Of a stretch of DNA of 64,000 nucleotides, positions 1 through 12,096 are shown in pieces. The notes under the pieces are model-generated. The model worked only from the letters and a program-made list of their open reading frames with translations, made no database searches and was not told the DNA's origin. How positions within the stretch are numbered: position 1 is the first letter of the stretch; each line of letters starts with the position of its first letter. Source of the DNA: Psammoneis japonica (taxonomy: Eukaryota); contig QPGO01000052.1 in assembly GCA_008632985.1 (NCBI GenBank), positions 372,001 through 436,000 of the forward strand. The letters run 5' to 3'. The position numbers and the translations under genes are program-made.

Positions 1-490
1 GACTTTAGTGCAATGCAGTTCCTCGACGATTGCAGCAATCCTGGAAAACGAGACATTGCTCAGTTTGTTGAATTCAACAAACACTCCAGCAACAGCGTTG
101 CATTGACCTCTGAAACTCTGCACGAGATTCCGGATCAAGTTGTTGGTTACTTTTCTAGTAAGGGGATCCCGCCGCTTCCACCAATTCAACGAAGTGACGA
201 TGAAATAATCGTGGAGTCCGAGGAGGAAGAGATCGATTTGTCCCTAGATTTCGGGGGTGGAGGAGTATTTGTGGCAGGGGGTGGCAATGATTTTCGGGAT
301 GGTTTTTGAATGAGTAAAGTTTGACGTCTCGTGGATGCGTGTGTTAAGTTGAGTAAAGAGATCTCTGAAAATTTTAATTAACTGGGTTTATTGTACGGTA
401 GAGGTTCAATTTCGCGCAACATAAAGTTGTACGGTAGACCAGTTGAATTAATCGGTCTGCATTACTTCACCTTTCACGCGTCCCTCAAGC

Positions 491-1642
491 CTATTTATTG
501 TAGGGTGGCGTACAAGAGTGCTCGCGACAAAGATGCTGTACACTGGTCGAAATGGCGTTGCTCCACTTCTTCTTTTTCTTGCCTTTGCTGCCGCTTCTCC
601 TGTCGACCGATCCCTGACGTTGAGAGCCAGTGTCGTCGTCTAGCAAGAGTAGATGATCGCCATAACCAATGCGCTTCCTAGATGCACGCAGCAACATGTC
701 AATGGCATCATTCGATGCCGCCTTCCATTCATCCGATGCCAAAGTTGGAAAGAAAGTTAGACCCGACACTGCTTCAAGATCCTTCCAGCACACCACATAA
801 TCTCGGAGCGTTGGCCGATCACGGAGATCACTTGCGCTACAAGAACTATCATCGTTAGGGATCACGAAGCAAGCAAATTTAGCGATCCGCGCCCCACACT
901 TCTCGTCTACTGGACTCTCGTTCTTCGATTCAACAACAACTACTACTTTGAAAAAGTGCGTGGGGACAGCCAACAACGACGGTGGCACCCCCAGGCCGCA
1001 AAAACTGTATTCGAATTTGCGATCCCCCAATTTCCGCTTGGGCAACCACAGAGGCCCCGAGACAACATAGGTTTCTTGCTGGCTTCTCTTTCCTTTTGAA
1101 CAAGAACGCGCCACATTTCTAGTCCATTCTTCCAACTGAGCCCATAACTTTCGGTTCAAGTCGGGATGTTGCGGTGCCACATTTATCAAATTGTACGAGT
1201 CCCTTGCATCAGCATGCTCTTCGTCGAGGAAATCAGCAGCAGCCGCCACATGACCACGGTCGAAACCAGAGAGGTGGTAGTGAGAGTTCCTCGAGCGGAA
1301 GTGCTCAGGAAGTGATGCCTCTTCGAAAAAATTATGGCGGCGACGTTTCTTTTGTTTGCCGTCACGGAGACTCAACCGCTGCAGAACATACAAGGGAGTT
1401 CGCGTGCGTACGTCGAAGGCGATTTCTACGTTAGAGTGGGGACGATAAAGTCGAATCGGAGGAAGTGGCGAGAATAACGGATCGTTCATCTTTGTAACCG
1501 CGGCCTTTGCTGTGTCGCCTGGTGTCGTCCCCGATTCCAAACGCCACGCTTCAGCTTTCGCAGTTTTGCTTCTCAATCCCAATGGGAGAAGCAGGGGAAA
1601 CACGGTGCTCCAAGATCGAGCCTGTGCAACAGAGAAGCTCAT
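491..1642 (-). CDS. DNA/RNA non-specific endonuclease (EndoG/Nuc1 family)
   Basis: Intact ORF with GFDRGH catalytic motif, NVAPQHPDLNRKLWAQLE, VVSGPLWLP and VPTHFFKVV; first ATG at 1642. Confidence 0.9.
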   Translation of the reverse strand: MSFSVAQARSWSTVFPLLLPLGLRSKTAKAEAWRLESGTTPGDTAKAAVTKMNDPLFSPLPPIRLYRPHSNVEIAFDVRTRTPLYVLQRLSLRDGKQKKRRRHNFFEEASLPEHFRSRNSHYHLSGFDRGHVAAAADFLDEEHADARDSYNLINVAPQHPDLNRKLWAQLEEWTRNVARSCSKGKRSQQETYVVSGPLWLPKRKLGDRKFEYSFCGLGVPPSLLAVPTHFFKVVVVVESKNESPVDEKCGARIAKFACFVIPNDDSSCSASDLRDRPTLRDYVVCWKDLEAVSGLTFFPTLASDEWKAASNDAIDMLLRASRKRIGYGDHLLLLDDDTGSQRQGSVDRRSGSKGKKKKKWSNAISTSVQHLCREHSCTPPYNK

Positions 1643-2242
1643 GATCAACACAATAAGATAGAGAAACTTCTAGTCCGTATTCGATGATTCATTGAGGTAG
1701 CTTGGGAGCTTCGTGGAACGCACGAATATCAAATCTTGATCGTGAGTTCAGCGCAGTGATGACAGTCCCCGTTCCTGCTCAAAATTTCTCCCTAGCGGGT
1801 TAAGGGGGTTCTCGAGAGGAAAGCTGTAGATAAATGGATTGTCAACCAAGCACCATGCGGGGTGCCAACACACAATACCGGTACATGTACTTACCGTAGA
1901 CGAACTATAACTGAAGCTGCCAAGGGCTGAGGGCCGAGGGCAACCAAGATAAAAGAGCCGATCGCCGATCTGATCAGCCGAGCGATCTGGTTATTGTTCC
2001 TTATTTTCGAAATTTGCTGGAGTATCGCTGTTAGTGTACAGAAACTCCCTCCGAGGACAAACCCCGTCCCACGACAACTCCGGTAAGTTAGTTATGATAC
2101 ACGTTCTACGAGGATTCTTCAACGCGAGCTATGAGCTCCTGGATCTTCCTTAACATGAGAGAACAGACAACGAACAACAAGAGTACTTCTAGTAGCAAGA
2201 ACAACCACCGCAAAACAACACACCATAAGAAAACATCTTGAA

Positions 2243-3139
2243 ATGAAGACCTTCACTCAACTGCCAACGCGGCTTGTTTTCCAACATGGCAATGCTCTCC
2301 CGAGATTTGGACAGAGTGTTCATTCTATTTTCACAATGGCAATAACTCGAAAGGTGTCGCCGCGCATCGCCGACGCACTCTCGACAGTTTCTTCTGAAAC
2401 GCCCATTTCCCTGGCCGTGGCAGAGAAGCAGCATTCCGATTACGTCAATTGCTTGAAACGGCTTCTTCCTGTCGTCGAAGAACTCCCCGCCTTGCAAGAC
2501 TTTCCAGATTGTTGTTTTGTCGAGGACGCGGCCGTTGTCATCCGGGACACGGCACTTGTTATGAATATGGGACACGACGCGAGAAAAGGCGAATCAGAAT
2601 CCATTATTCCTGTATTAGAAAACATAAGAGGAATCAAGCGTGTTTTTGATATGAAAAAGGAGAATGAGTTCGCCACTTGCGATGGCGGCGATGTCTTATT
2701 TACCGGCCGACACGTCTATGTCGGGCTGTCTAAGCGAACCAATCAAGAAGGACTCGAAGTACTGCGAAGCGTGTTTCCCAGATACGAGGTCATTGGTGTA
2801 CCGGTGACTGGAGCATTGCATCTCAAATCATTAGTATCGCACATGGATAGTTACACTTTGGTCGCACCTACGGGAGAGTTGGGAGACTCGCTGATTCGCG
2901 ACATGCAAGCTGCTGAACGGGGTTACGAAGTCGTTCGACTCCCAAATAAACTGGTTTGCAATGTGGTGGCTGTCAATGGAACAATAATTGCGCAAGACGT
3001 GGACTGTGCAGCTTCTAAGAGCGAGTTGCAAGAAGCAGCGGAAGAGAACAATTTGAGATTGGAATTTGTCGATACATCCGAATTGGCAAAGATTGATGCG
3101 GCTTTAACCTGTTGCAGTATCCTATTGGACGCAAAGTAA
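2243..3139 (+). CDS. DDAH: Dimethylarginine dimethylaminohydrolase (amidinotransferase superfamily)
   Basis: FPDCCFVEDAAVV, DGGDVLF, LHLKS and C-terminal LTCCSIL motifs; start may be the later ATG at 2336 (MAITRKV). Confidence 0.9.
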   Translation: MKTFTQLPTRLVFQHGNALPRFGQSVHSIFTMAITRKVSPRIADALSTVSSETPISLAVAEKQHSDYVNCLKRLLPVVEELPALQDFPDCCFVEDAAVVIRDTALVMNMGHDARKGESESIIPVLENIRGIKRVFDMKKENEFATCDGGDVLFTGRHVYVGLSKRTNQEGLEVLRSVFPRYEVIGVPVTGALHLKSLVSHMDSYTLVAPTGELGDSLIRDMQAAERGYEVVRLPNKLVCNVVAVNGTIIAQDVDCAASKSELQEAAEENNLRLEFVDTSELAKIDAALTCCSILLDAK

Positions 3140-5419
3140 GCTAGAGGGTCATTTATCATGATGCGGTCTACAGTACGGTCGCTTCGGTTCAGAATATAAC
3201 GCGAAGGGAGATTGAGACACCGCTTTGGCAATAGATAGGCTGTCACCGACAACGGGAATCCATTTCGTGCTAGACGTTTTCTCACGCAGCCTGGCGTGAA
3301 TGCAACACCAGCTTCGTCGTCGATGCCATCATATACAGAGAGCTCTGTCACGTTGAGACTGACTGACTGAACTGCAAGAACCTTGCCCTCCTTCCACCCC
3401 GTGCTCGCCATCACACAGTACCGGCATCTTCAGAACCTGCCAAAAAGGAGACAATTCATAAGCGACTTCGCACAGTAACAACCCGTGCTGTTGAGTTGCG
3501 AAGACAGGACCTCAGTCAACGAGAAGAATATGCCAGGTCTCCATGATGGTGTCGCTCCTACATACTGACTACAACCAGCAACTTCCGGGTTGAGGTATGG
3601 TTCACGAGCAATAATGCAAATACTTCGCTACTAACGAGCAATTTCTCAGTGACCTGTGTACCGGTAGAAAACGATAACGGAGGAGCGCAAGTGTTACTGA
3701 AAAAGTCAGCGTCCAATGGATTGTGATTTCTTGGCTTGCTGGAGTCATACTCTTCCTATCGAAACACAAACTCGTCATTCACAATCGAGAATACTCCATA
3801 GCTATTCTTGTCGAGAGGTAACGTTTTGCTACTCTCTATATTCAAAGAGAGCTAGGACTTCCAACAATCTCATGGTACCAAAGTGGATGCTCAATAAACA
3901 AGGTTGGCTCGATCTCAGTGTACATGTCAGTGTGTTCTTGGCATAATCATGCTTCAGAATTCATTCGCGTTTGCAGCGGGGCAACAGTGAACATACCTTG
4001 TTTCTCGTGCAAAGTCACACGAAACTCAGCAGTCTTACCGGTATCACTCCCTTTTGAATGTTGCCATCACCGCTGGCTGCATCATATCAAATAGCTTGCC
4101 AAAACAATTTATCCTCTGGACCTTGCCCAGTGTCCCGTCCTGTGTGGTTTGATGGTGGCATTATTACATCCAGGAGTTCGAATTGACATGCAAGTAGTGC
4201 TTGTTCTGTTTTCCGAAGAAGGCTGGCAGCACGGCCGGAGATTGTTCCTCTCCACAAAATTCCTGGTTATCATGTAAGGCGCATCGTGAGAGTTCTGTTT
4301 GTTTTGTTGCAGACGACCTTTCACACGCATCGAATTGTGCATTCGATAACGACAGTGCTGATCGTTAATGGAATGGCTCCCAAAACTTGCCACACTCTTT
4401 ATTGATCAAGTCTCGTGAGCTAGGCACAACGGAGATGAGGGCAAAGCAACGTCAGTTTCTTGTTCGTACATAATCACTTCCACATATTCACAATGATGCA
4501 GAGTCTTAGAGAGCAATAGAAACATGACAGAGGTGAAAGAGCTATCCAAGCAAAGTGGAGCTCTCCGATAATGCACTTTACACAAGGAGCATACCTCTTC
4601 TATCTTGACAACCACCAGCATCTATTGGAGACAATCACACACATTGTCTGCGTCAAAAAAGCCCATCTGTTCCAATCTTCCATTGCTTCGATGAAGAAGG
4701 TAGATGCAGCAACAATAACATAACCAGCAAATCAACCCGCGAACACAACCGTCAACGCAAGAAATCTCTTATCTCTACGTGGTATGGCATCTCATTTTCC
4801 AAGCCAAATCACTCTCGTCTTTCTCCTACTTGCAACTCATTGTCTCCACCGATCATATATTACAAGGCTCATCTTATTGCTGTTGGTGGACAAATAATAA
4901 ATACAGAAAGACACGAAGCGGAACCCACGGAAAGCGACAAATAGGGTCGTCGTCAAGCTAGACGAAGGTTCTCTCTTCCCCCCAAAGAATAAAAAAAATG
5001 ATCCCAGAGCGCGAGGGTCTTGTCATAAAGAGAATTGCATTACTGATGTTTGATTGGGTGGCGCCAACATTTCAGATGGAAGAAGCAAAAAATAAACTAC
5101 AACATTCAACCTCGAGTTGCTGATCTAGGGCATGCTTCCAAGGCACACGACAATCTCCCACTGCCTCCTTGTATGCTTTCAGTTTCTCCGCCATCCATCA
5201 CCATCCATTCAGACATTCAGACGCTTCCGTTGTTCGGCATTCGTTTTCACGCTGTGCCACGACGCATGTCTTTACCCATTCTCTCAAATACGAGGCGCCT
5301 TTGCCATGTGCTTGTGCTTATCTGAGTAGGAACCAAACAGCGTCGATGCAACAGGTGGAAGACTTTTGGACCACATTTGCTACATACGGTACAGTGCTTC
5401 TACGGTACGTACAGTAAAA

Positions 5420-8400
5420 GGTGCCCTGCGCACTTGGCATTTTCGAGTGTCACATCATCTGGTGTGGGCAGAAGGTTTCGATTAACTCGACTCGAACAAA
5501 GCGAGAGTGGAGTCGTCGTCAGCTCACAAAAGCAACCCGCCCAGCAGGTGTTAAAGTGTGGAGAACTGACAACTGCACCCATCACCGAAGGCAGCTGCAC
5601 TCAAGGACAAGGAACAACATGAGAAGCAAAGTGCAACATGCAGACAAGAGGAGCTTGTGCAGAAGCAGAGTGTCCAGCCACAGCACCAGCACCAGTGGCT
5701 GAAGAGGCACACCCGAGCAAGGAGAAGCAAGATGCAACAAAAAGCAGAGAGCACCTCCAGCTGTTTGTTGGAGCAGCAAGCAGCCAGAGCAACAACAAAA
5801 AGAAAAGAGCAAAAGAGGAACAGAAAGAAGAGCAAAATCCAGGCATTTTGTGTTGGCAAAATGCTCGAGAGCTCCGCAGCACACAGTGCTTCGCAGAGAA
5901 GCACCAAGATCATGAGCAAGAGTGGCAGCAGCAGCAGCAGAAAGGCAGCTCTGTGCATTGGAGCAGCAAGCGGCCAGAGCAACAGCAGAAAGAAAAGATG
6001 AAAAGAGCAGAAGTTCACAGGCATGCACCAGCATCCGCGGCAGTCAGAAATGATCTCCAGCATGTGTGCTGGCGTGCAAGGTGGGCAGCAGCAGAGAGGC
6101 AGGGCAAAAAAAAACAAAGGCTTTTTTTTTTAGAGAAATTAAAAGCTTGTTTTTGTGAGGATAGCATGAGCAAAGTCAAGAAGCCAAGCAGAGAGAAGCA
6201 AGCCAACTTTGTGCAGCCTTTGCACCAGGTGGCGGCTCAAGAGTGCACACTGTCCTTCACCGTCGCTGCTTGCGAGGCACCAAGAGCAGCAGCTGCTCCT
6301 GTGCTGGCCAGCTCCCAGCTGCAAGAGCTCAGCCTCTTGCACTGCCAACTCAGAACACTTTGTGGCAGAGTTGAAAAGAGCAAAATGCTTTGATCAATGT
6401 GTGCAGCATGGTGGCAGGAAGGAAGTGGGTGAGACAAGCTTGTGAAGTGGCCACGCTGCAAAAGAACAAATGACAACAGAGAGAGAGACAGGAAACAAGC
6501 AACAGCTGACAATGACAAATCTTCCTGCTTGGAATGCCTTCACATTTTTGTGTTCACTGTCCTTGTTGTTTGCATTGGACTGGTGACATTCATGCCACAA
6601 GATCTGCCATCTCCTTGTGCGCTGCACAACAGCGCAGTTTAAAAATGCGTTTGACTAATTTGGTTAAAGTGACAAAGGGGCAATGTGTGATGACTCTAAA
6701 AAATGTCACGTTGAGATGGCAGCAGTGTGAGCTTGGCTCGTGGCAAGACAACAGACATTGGAGAGGCTTGTCCAATCTCAAAGGAAAGACAAGTGAGAGC
6801 AACAGCAAAGGAAGTGAAATTGCCAACATGTGAAATTGCTTGGGAAGCAAGAGCATTGACCAATGCCTTGTCAGTTCCACAAACACAACCCCACCTGCCA
6901 GGTCTGTTTTTGCCACCATTTGTCATTGTGATGACACACATTTTGCAGGAAACAAGAAACAAACTCCAAAAATGTGGTGTTAAATTTCACTTTGGTGCCA
7001 AACCTTTCAGGTGTGCACATGTGCACAGCAGAGGGATGTTGGCCAGACAGAGTTTGTGGCTCCAATGTAGTTCACGTGCAAGTGTGTAAATCCGAGTGCC
7101 ATGTGTGTCTGAGAAAGAAAATGTTGGGCACGCAGAGAGGAGCAGCAACAACCATGAGCCACATGACCGCGAATGGGGGCCAATGTGGTCAACAGAGACA
7201 AAGAGAAACAACAGACAGACTGGAGAAAGTCATGCCAGTTTTGACCACAGTGACTCAGCGGCACACAGAGGGCAATTCTGAGGATGTGCTTCTCATTTCA
7301 AAGGCACCATTTGAGATGGTGTGGCAAGACAGGCCAGAGTGTGAGTCCATCATCGGCCGCCAAAGCGGTCCCCACAGAACAGCAGACCCAATCAGGATTT
7401 GAGAGTGTGTCTGCACAAAGATGGTGCCACATGGCATGACCACAGTCAACACAAACAGAGAAAGGGTGGGAGGTGCATCCACAGAATGGCGCTGAATGGC
7501 GTGGTGACAAACAGCGCCAATGCACGAGACACTCCCATCTGTGCAAGCAGACCATGCAAGGGGTTTTGTTGACTGACTGGGAGGGAGAAAGCCCTTTTGT
7601 TTTCACCATTGGCATCTCCCAGGAGAGACCTTTGGCAGTTCCATGGTGCTGTCTCCCACCCTGCTGGACAATGAGGGACCCCTTGGGCTGGCCTTGTTCC
7701 CGCTCATCTTGTCTGTCATCTGCTCCTGCTTTCATGCAGCAACTCTTGGTCCAGCCAAGGAGGTGCTCTCTTTGCCAGCTTGGAGTCCAGGCATCAATTT
7801 TGTGACTTTGCTGTTGCTGTGGCTGACACTTTCTTAGAGTTGGCTCTTGCGACACACTTCTTGCAAAGCTGGTTGGCGCAAGACAAGCTCAAAGCCCAAC
7901 TGCCAAAGAGGCAACAACTCCTGCATCCAAGCAAGGATGTTCTCTTGGCTTTCCATGTCCAAGTCAAAGCCAACCGCTGCCTCTCATGGAATTTGATTTT
8001 GTGCAAACTTTGTGACAAGAGGGCAGATGCTGTCAAAACCCAAGTGCTCATGAAGCATCCCAAAAGGAGTCCAGTCCAGAACACATGTGATGGATCTGTC
8101 ATTTTCTTGCTCTTCATTGGCACAACAAATGATCTTTGCACAGATGTTTTGTCTCTTTTGCTCTTGCTGGCCAAAGCAAATGCAAAGTCTTGCCTGAAAC
8201 CAGTGTGTCACAAGCTGCAAAGAGACACACAGAGAAGAGCTCTGCAGACTGCAAAATTCCAGCAGGCACAATGATCCATGTGGAACAAGCTGTTGTCAGC
8301 TTTTGGTTGCACAGCTGAGCAGAGCTGATGTCAGAGCACCAGCAAACACAGTGGAGACAATGTGGGCTTGTGGTCAAGTGCTGGGACCAGCAGCATTTTC

Positions 8401-8850
8401 TGGCAGCACCATGAGCTCCACTTTGGAGAGTTGGAGAACAGTTTGGGGTGGACCAGAAGAAAGACAGCAGGCCGTGACAGTTGGAGCACAGTGTGCAACT
8501 CTGTTTCACCCATGGACTCTGTCATTTGCCCTGGGGCTTGGAAATCCTGCTTGCCATGTTGTCTGACACTCCTGATCCACTGTTGGCAGATGCATGTCTG
8601 CACTTGATGTGATTGAGATTCTTGCTGCTGTGAATCCCGCTCAGAGCAAATGAGCACTTTGGCTGTTTCCAAGCAATGTCCTCCATCCACATTGCTCCTC
8701 ATGGTAGGTCAGAATGATGTCATTGGGTGGCACTGCACTTCGTGTCCTGTCCAGGATGTGTTGGCTGAGAGCAAACAAGCTTCAGAGAAAGCATTTGCTG
8801 TGTTGACAAGATGAGGGTGCGCGAGCAAGAGTTCATTTTTGAGCCGGTAA
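5420..8850. repeat. TpA- and CpG-depleted degenerate block 1 (old TE/repeat-derived, family not identifiable)
   Basis: About 14 TpA by manual count in ~3.3 kb; strong TG/CA excess; many overlapping C/H/Q-rich ORFs with no recognisable domain. Confidence 0.7.
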
Positions 8851-9128
8851 AAAATCAAGCCCCCTCCAGTCATCCTCCACAACTGGATCCATTCGATCCG
8901 CAGCAGGTGCCATGGCTTCGATACTCAGAATGGATGTCTTTCATGAAGATATGCAGAGAGAGAGCACGAACCAGACTTGCAAGATTCTAAGGATGTTTCA
9001 GGATTGACAACCCATGATTACATTAAGAAGGCACTTATTCACCGCACTGCTAACTCCTGCTATGAACTCTGGTAGTTGCTACTCAATTTTCTGACGCCAG
9101 TCCATCAACAGCTTGGAGCTACCGTAGT

Positions 9129-9824
9129 CTAACGGGTGACAAGCATTGAAGCGGCGATTTCATCCGCCTTTTCCTTACCGAAAAGCTGCTCACCGAGTTG
9201 AAGAGCAAACTTGAGCGAAGTGCCAGGCCCCTGCGAAGTAATTTGATTTCCGGTGACAGCCACCTCATCTTCCACAGGCTTGGGTAAGGCGGCACGAAAG
9301 GCTGGAGCGGGGTAGCACGTGGCATCGCCTTCACTCAACAAGTCATTCGATGCCAGCGCCACGGCAGGTGCTGCACAAACAGCTCCGTAGAGCTTGCCTC
9401 CTGACTTCTGTTTTTCCAACAGGCCCACCAGCGCTTTTGAATCACGCAAATGTTCAGCGCCCGGCATGCCGCCAGGCAAAGCGACAAGATCCCATTCTTC
9501 CTTGGCCGCTTCTTCGATTGAACAGTCCGCCACGATTTTGATGCCGCGACTCATGGTACACGTCAAATCCTTCATGACTGAGGCAACCACAACATTAGCA
9601 CCAAACCGCGTGAGCGTATCGGTGATACACGTTGTTTCGATCTCCTCGCTGCCATCACCAATGGGGACGAGAACTCGTTTCGGAGCGGATGAAGCAGAGG
9701 ATGACATTTTCAAGAACGAGGTGCTTCTCCCAGGAAAAACAAACGTGACAGGAGTGAAGGCTTGAGAATGACGAGCAAGGAGCGAGACTGCAACAAGAGC
9801 TGTACTTCTAGGGAGACGGACCAT
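9129..9824 (-). CDS. DJ-1/PfpI (YajL/ThiJ-like) protein, probably plastid-targeted
   Basis: KRVLVPIGDGSEEIE, LPGGMPGAEHL, GAVCAAPA (catalytic Cys), TSQGPGT; signal peptide followed by SQAF-TP. Confidence 0.92.
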   Translation of the reverse strand: MVRLPRSTALVAVSLLARHSQAFTPVTFVFPGRSTSFLKMSSSASSAPKRVLVPIGDGSEEIETTCITDTLTRFGANVVVASVMKDLTCTMSRGIKIVADCSIEEAAKEEWDLVALPGGMPGAEHLRDSKALVGLLEKQKSGGKLYGAVCAAPAVALASNDLLSEGDATCYPAPAFRAALPKPVEDEVAVTGNQITSQGPGTSLKFALQLGEQLFGKEKADEIAASMLVTR

Positions 9825-10251
9825 TCGCAATGGGAGAGTACATACACCACAAATAGACAATCAATAACACTGTAGCATGGGATGGAAAGATCCGCCCCCG
9901 TCATCCCCGCCCCACAGTGTGTTGAGGTTTTGCCGCGTTACTTTTATAAGTACTGAAGGCTACGGCCCAGAAAGATCTTCGCACGCACCCCGATACCCGA
10001 TACCCCTGCCTGCTGGTCCGTCTAGCTCTCATGTTCATTGTGCGGCGCGGCGCGTCAGCCTTATAGTACGGTGTACCGGTAGGAACTACTATTGAGTAGT
10101 CTAAGGTATGTAGGTAGAGCCATGTCTCTAAAACGGACATGCAATACTTGTACTGAAACACTCTGAATGCTGAAATTGGCATCGAAGTAGATAAGTTACT
10201 CAAAAGGCCACGTCAAGTCATGCATTAGGTTACGTTGGAGGCTTCGCAGAA

Positions 10252-11643
10252 TTACATGACGCACATGGTGTAATCGGTTGGTTCATTTCGCAAGGGGACC
10301 AGTCGCTCACCAAAGGTGTCCACAATACTCTCCCTGTCCAGTCGTAGAGCAATCTCGGCTGGATTGACACTTTGCAAAAAGATGCTCAGACCATCCTTCA
10401 TTGACAAAATCAGGGATGAATTTCAAGAACGCTGACATAATGAGGACAGGGAGACAACAACACAACAAAAAAACGCCATTTCGTACTCACCAACAAAGCT
10501 TGCTGACAATGTTGTAAAGCTTCTCGTTCTTCTGGAACGTTACTTTTGTCCAACGCATTTTCCCATGCTTGCCAATAGGTAGTTGACACGGGCAACAAGA
10601 AAGAATCAATCGCTTTCGGTCCAAACAGGCTGATGGCTGTGATTCCGCCGAATTGCGTAGCGAGAGGTTTGTCTGCGCTAATCGCTTGCACTAAAGTCTT
10701 TAGCAGCCGAGCCTTGAGGGTCGTGTACTTGTTACCGAATCTAATGAAACAAAATGAACTGAGAAACGAGCGAAAATGACAGAGTGAGATGATATCCGTT
10801 TCAGGCTACTTACAATGAGCATGCCTCGCTCAATGCTTGTGCCGCTTCGGTACGAAGAGCCCACTGGTTGTCAGATGGATTTGATGAGAGATTCTTGGCG
10901 ACAGTGCACGTAACAAGTGCCGACAAGAGCTGTGGCAAATGCAACTCTAAATGTAAATGAGGGTTTCTCAATATTGCTCGAGCCAAACGCACCAGAGTCC
11001 GACAATGCTCCGGATTGTCTACATGTTGATAAACATTCTGTACCACGTAGTGCACCAGAAAGGGCGCCAACTCCTGTAAGCCCGAGTCAGTATATAAGCT
11101 TTCTATCGCTGCATCCTGTTGTTGTCGCGTAGCCGGTGTCGCTCCACCTCGTTCGACTGCCTGTGTAATACGAGTTCCGTACAACTGAAGTTCCTCGGAC
11201 AAAACTCTCGGCATCAATTGCTGGACTTTGACTTCACCATCGTCATCTACGCGATGAACCGTGTTGGCGTCGTCTCGTGTATATGAAGATATGGGATTGA
11301 AAGGCGTGTCCGGCTGCTCCCCATCAACTGCCAACCAGTGAAGTGTCAGCCCCAGTTCAGAAGGCGGCCTCGTTGACGCTTCACTCTGTAGATACGCATT
11401 CAGATCGACACGCTTTGTATCGGGAACCATATTGGCTGTAGCATATATCTTTTCACTCCCACGCCACGCTAGAGCCATGTTGATATCCTGCGCTGTCACC
11501 CGACGCCGTATCGCGCTGTTTTCATCATCACCGACGAGACGTGCTCTCTTCGCATGCTTTTGAACCGTGGCTGCTTCACCAATCAAACCAGTCAAATGAT
11601 CTTCTACCAGGCTTACGAGTGCAGTTTTTGCAGCAGCCTGCAT
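10252..11643 (-). CDS. TAF6: TFIID subunit TAF6-like protein (3 exons; introns near 10742-10812 and 10390-10490, boundaries approximate)
   Basis: H4-like histone fold (KHAKR...VTAQDINMAL), LHWLAVDGEQP, VLSEELQLY, DSGLQELAPF; later exons FGNKYTTLKARL..FGGITAISLFGP and DTFGERLVP..TMCVM-stop. Confidence 0.85.
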
Positions 11644-12096
11644 CTTTGATTAGTGTACTAGATAGTATAGTAGACTATGGTATATTCCAGAAAGTGTGGT
11701 GGTGTGTGTTGTTGGTACCGATACTGTATCCGAAGGACTTCATTTTTCTGCCGCAGCCGCCATTGGGAGCTAATTTACCGCGCCATCGCGCGAAGCATTG
11801 TTTTAGTCAGTTGAATCAAAATGTCAGATGCAAAGTTGGTTCAAGTTCAAAGAGATGGGGTGTAGAAATCTACGGAGGAATTAGTACGAAATCTAACAAT
11901 AATTTTCCGGGTTTCTTTATTTTTGAAATTTTGGTGTTCGGTCGGTCGTCATCCTCGCCCGCTTTTTGTGCCACATCACACCACATCACACAATGAATAC
12001 ACACAATGCAAATGGCTACCGGTATTGATTTTTGCGAAGCAAGGAAAGTAGCATCACTGCAATGCAATTTTGCATGGAGGCAGAAAGAGAGAAGAA

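Noticed and set aside
13..309. 98-aa ORF at the window start
   Set aside because: No recognisable motif; strand and frame unclear at the edge
3200..4760. Decayed gene on the minus strand (FFDAD, glycosyltransferase-like DxD)
   Set aside because: Multiple stops and only a very short motif; not enough to support a call
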